15,673 nucleotides of DNA from a virus, in IMG/VR virus record IMGVR_UViG_3300045988_059271, positions 1-15,673 of that record; one strand, given 5' to 3'. Below, piece after piece: positions 12,996 to 15,673 of this stretch. The stretch's first letter is position 1, and the number at the start of each line of letters is the position of its first letter. A program made the translations under genes and the position numbers. Under the pieces are notes generated by a model. It made no database searches. It saw nothing but the letters and a program-made list of their open reading frames with translations, and was not told the origin of the DNA.

Positions 12996-13753
12996 TGTTT
13001 CTTAACTATAACTACGAAACGAAAACGCTAACGAATACCATTGAACAGTTAGTTATTTCCGATCATGTACTTTCACCACTTGAAAATCAGACCATTGATA
13101 ATATGATCGAAGTCGCCGTTCCTTTAATCTTCAATTTTGACTTTCCGTTTTATGTCGATGCATCCGCGCCAGAATATGCAACCGCAAAACTTGCGTTCGA
13201 AAAATCGTTCTGTTTACAGTATTTTCGAGAACAGATTGGACTGGAAACAATCGGAGAATTTCAGTATCATCTGAAAAGGATTCTTTCGGTCAATATGCCA
13301 TACTATGAGCAGTTGTACCGGAGTATTACTTTTGAGTACAACCCGCTTATTACTCATAAGAGTACACGAAAAGTAACGAGTACAAAAGACGATACACGAA
13401 CAGGCGTGATCTCGGGAGACAGCACAGCAAAAAACACAACTACAGCCGATACAAATAATGACACACAAAATATTCACTCGGACAACCCGCAGATTAATTT
13501 CGCCGGAACGAATTATGCATCTACGATGGATAGGGGACAGAATACCATCCATAACAGTGCTGTAAGCAATGGAGAGAATACCACAAAAACCAACAGTAAT
13601 GACACGTATCATGCAGATAATAATGATACGATTGAAGATGAGGGATTCAACGGTAGTTACTCTATAGAAATTCAGAGATTCCGAGATACCATACTTAATC
13701 TTAACAAGCGTATTTGCGATGATTGCAGAGAGTTATTCTATCAATTTTATTAA
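12992..13753 (+). CDS. Lower collar protein (phi29 gp11 position and type)
   Basis: Follows the portal with an ATGA overlap; the alternative ATG 12995 has better spacing to GAGG at 12984-12987. It has a conserved-looking N-terminal helical part (FEKSFCLQYFREQIGLETIGEF...MPYYEQLY) and then a long polar T/N/D-rich region, consistent with tube-forming hairpins. Assigned mostly by synteny. Confidence 0.6.
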   Translation: MMFLNYNYETKTLTNTIEQLVISDHVLSPLENQTIDNMIEVAVPLIFNFDFPFYVDASAPEYATAKLAFEKSFCLQYFREQIGLETIGEFQYHLKRILSVNMPYYEQLYRSITFEYNPLITHKSTRKVTSTKDDTRTGVISGDSTAKNTTTADTNNDTQNIHSDNPQINFAGTNYASTMDRGQNTIHNSAVSNGENTTKTNSNDTYHADNNDTIEDEGFNGSYSIEIQRFRDTILNLNKRICDDCRELFYQFY

Positions 13754-13765
13754 GGAGGGATAATA

Positions 13766-15526
13766 ATGGCAGAGAAACCAACGATTCCAGATTTTCCTAC
13801 GTTGCCAGATTTCGGTAAGATGATTACGCAGGCTTGTGAAGTTGTAGCAAGTGTGCGGGGGATTCCGTATGATTTCAACGGTACATTGAGTCTGGAAAAT
13901 AAATTTGTTGTGCTGTTTAAGACGGTGAAAGAAATGTTTGACGCACAGGACGAACTTGTAAAAAGTTACAAGGCGTTATATGATTTTGTCAATCAGTATT
14001 TTACTGATTTAAATGTACAGGACGAAATAAACAAAAAAATACAGTCAATGGTAGAAGACGGAAGTCTAGTTACTTTACTCGCACCGACTGTATCAAATAG
14101 TACAGGAGAATGGTTAGAAACCAATATTACTAATCCATCCAATCCGCCTATTGATAAAAGTTTAACAGTTGAAAACGCCGCCGCTGATGCAAAAATAGTT
14201 GGAGATAAAATAACAGCTAATACAGAACAAATTACTAAAAACTCAACTGAGTTGTACTACACAAAAGAAAACGAAATTACGGTAAATGTACCCGAATATA
14301 GTCTATTAGAAAATAAAGTTGCTTATATTGACACAAATAACAAAATTGCAACGTATGATAATACCGCCGCATTTGTACTTAAAAAAAATGTTTCAAACGG
14401 CGAAAAATATAGAATTAAATCACAAACACACGGAACAGTAAACACGTTATTATATGCTATTTGCAATACAAACGGTATTGTTCTAAAATCAGAAAAAATG
14501 GGTGTTCCTGCAAATACTTACATTACAACTAACATTACAATCCCAGAAAACGGTACTATATTATATCTGAACGAATTTCCAACACAGAAATTTCCTTTAG
14601 TTGTGTATAAAATAGAAACTATTGATGTTTCTAGCATCAACGGGAATAACACAATAAATTGCTGGGGCGATTCACTAACGCGTGGTGTAGGTGTAGGCGA
14701 TTCCTATTCTAAAGCTTATCCATATGTTTTATTTAACTTACTTGATGGTCGAAAAGTAATCAACTGTGGAATAGGAGGAGAAAATATAATTGCCATTGCA
14801 TCACGGCAGGGAGGTTTGCCGAATATGGTACAGCCTTTTACTATTCCATCAGATTCCACAAAAGTAAAAATTAATTTGTCTAATATATACGGCAATAGTG
14901 CAGAAATTTTATTACAAAGTGGTTCAGCTTTAGACCCTATAACAGATAAGTATATTAAAACGGCGCAAATTAACCCGTGTGCCATTAACGGAATTACAGG
15001 TACTATTACTTACGAAAATGGTAACTATTATTTTTCACGTTCCGAAAAAGGAAACTCTGTAATAGTAACGCGCCCTGTTCCATTGATTACACATGGCATG
15101 ACAAAGCTACGCGATAATATCAATGTAATATGGATTGGCACGAACGGCGGTTTCACAACCTCCGCAGAATTGATAGAAACTATAGATACTATGATTAAGT
15201 ATATGCGCCCGATTACAAAAAAATATATAGTAATCGGTTTACATCACTTAACCAGTTCGGTAACAGAATCATTCGCAATTATCGAAAAAAATATGACAAC
15301 ACACTTTGGTCAGAATTACATTAATGAACGCCAATATATGGTTAAATATGGCCTGCTTGATGCTGGTATTACACCCACTCCAGAAGACAATGCCGCTATT
15401 TCACAGGGAAAAATACCTCCGTCATTATTATATGACGATGTCCACTACAATGCAAAAGGATATGCTATAATTGCTAATCTCGTAGCAGAACGCGGAAAAG
15501 AAATTGGTTACTGGCAGTTAAAGTAA
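13766..15526 (+). CDS. Tail fibre / appendage (receptor-binding protein) with a C-terminal SGNH/GDSL esterase domain
   Basis: It is the last structural gene, behind a strong SD. The N-terminal virion-anchor-like part includes LNVQDEINKKIQSMVEDGSL and an AADAKIVGDKI motif common in Gram-positive phage fibres. All four SGNH blocks are present in order: CWGDSLTRG (GDS at 14666-14674), NCGIGGE, WIGTNGG, and DDVHYN (15434-15445). Confidence 0.8.
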   Translation: MAEKPTIPDFPTLPDFGKMITQACEVVASVRGIPYDFNGTLSLENKFVVLFKTVKEMFDAQDELVKSYKALYDFVNQYFTDLNVQDEINKKIQSMVEDGSLVTLLAPTVSNSTGEWLETNITNPSNPPIDKSLTVENAAADAKIVGDKITANTEQITKNSTELYYTKENEITVNVPEYSLLENKVAYIDTNNKIATYDNTAAFVLKKNVSNGEKYRIKSQTHGTVNTLLYAICNTNGIVLKSEKMGVPANTYITTNITIPENGTILYLNEFPTQKFPLVVYKIETIDVSSINGNNTINCWGDSLTRGVGVGDSYSKAYPYVLFNLLDGRKVINCGIGGENIIAIASRQGGLPNMVQPFTIPSDSTKVKINLSNIYGNSAEILLQSGSALDPITDKYIKTAQINPCAINGITGTITYENGNYYFSRSEKGNSVIVTRPVPLITHGMTKLRDNINVIWIGTNGGFTTSAELIETIDTMIKYMRPITKKYIVIGLHHLTSSVTESFAIIEKNMTTHFGQNYINERQYMVKYGLLDAGITPTPEDNAAISQGKIPPSLLYDDVHYNAKGYAIIANLVAERGKEIGYWQLK

Positions 15527-15550
15527 ACAATTACAACTTATGCCACCCAA

Positions 15551-15598
15551 TGTCCGTCACCCGCGGACACGCCGTGTCCGTCACCCGCGGACACTTTA
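15551..15598. repeat. Right-end-specific tandem duplication of the innermost ITR hairpin (24-bp period)
   Basis: tgtccgtcacccgcggacac occurs at 15551-15570 and again at 15575-15594. The left end has a single copy (81-99). Confidence 0.85.
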
Positions 15599-15673
15599 GC
15601 AGACTAAAGTGAGTTGCCGTTTCGGATGTGTCCGCGTCCCGCGGACATTCCGGCGGTTTTGCCCGCTTTTCGG
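15575..15673. repeat. Right inverted terminal repeat (ITR-R), 99 bp perfect
   Basis: Exact reverse complement of 1-99. Weaker homology continues inward after the 24-bp duplication (15543-15550 versus 100-107, 6 of 8 positions). Confidence 0.95.

Noticed and set aside
127-13612. Minus-strand ORFs from the track (127..411, 545..796, 2674..2937, 2844..3092, 3663..3869, 3993..4400, 4352..4540, 4509..4949, 4985..5188, 5185..5394, 5295..5615, 5886..6329, 6585..6821, 6829..7206, 7254..7556, 7687..8169, 7869..8072, 8666..9157, 8770..9114, 9259..9510, 9722..9937, 10113..10424, 10440..10880, 12228..12449, 12661..12843, 13214..13612, 14716..14985)
   Set aside because: All lie antisense to well-supported + strand genes or across regulatory regions. 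They lack SD sequences, have low-complexity or odd composition, and contain no recognisable motifs, so they look like shadow ORFs.
1-15673. Alternative readings of the terminal inverted repeats: transposon or casposon/polinton-like element, or a hairpin-telomere (protelomerase) replicon
   Set aside because: There is no transposase, Cas1, integrase or protelomerase gene. A full phi29-type virion and packaging gene set plus a protein-primed PolB explains the ITRs.
1-15673. Lysogeny module, CRISPR array, anti-CRISPR or defence cassette, tRNAs
   Set aside because: I found no integrase or recombinase motifs, no repeat-spacer architecture and no cloverleaf candidates. Small early ORFs of unknown function could include anti-defence proteins, but nothing in the sequence supports a specific call.

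Overview
The window looks like a complete linear genome (15,673 bp) of a small phi29-like, protein-primed podophage of a Gram-positive (Bacillota-type) host. It is bounded by a perfect 99-bp inverted terminal repeat (1-99 = reverse complement of 15575-15673). All credible genes (about 20) lie on the + strand, and most have strong AGGAGG-type ribosome binding sites. Left to right: (i) an A/T-rich early region behind a consensus promoter covered by three TTTCTAGAAA palindromes, leading into a candidate terminal protein gene and a family-B protein-primed DNA polymerase (DIETT, HNLSYEF, YCYND, DISSSYP, KLNSTFG and YCDTDS motifs). (ii) A second promoter driving a small ORF and a putative SSB, ended by a clear rho-independent terminator. 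(iii) A G/C-rich, repeat-laden region followed by a phi29 gp16-like packaging ATPase, apparently translated through a 6-codon upstream ORF. (iv) A third consensus promoter and a structured roughly 100-nt leader RNA, then a YvrJ-like small membrane protein (putative holin), an Amidase_5+SH3b endolysin, a second Amidase_5 protein fused to a tail-lysozyme domain, a scaffold candidate, a gp8-like capsid, a gp9-like tail knob, a gp10-like portal, a gp11-like lower collar, and a tail fibre ending in an SGNH/GDSL esterase domain. I see no integrase or repressor module, tRNA or CRISPR. Family assignments rest on motifs I recognise by eye and recall from memory; no database search was possible. The items most worth follow-up are the hairpin-rich ITRs, the operator arrays at the early promoters, the repeat, uORF and hairpin control region of the ATPase gene, the structured RNA after promoter P3 (pRNA or riboregulator candidate), the tandem Amidase_5 paralogs, and the esterase-tipped tail fibre.
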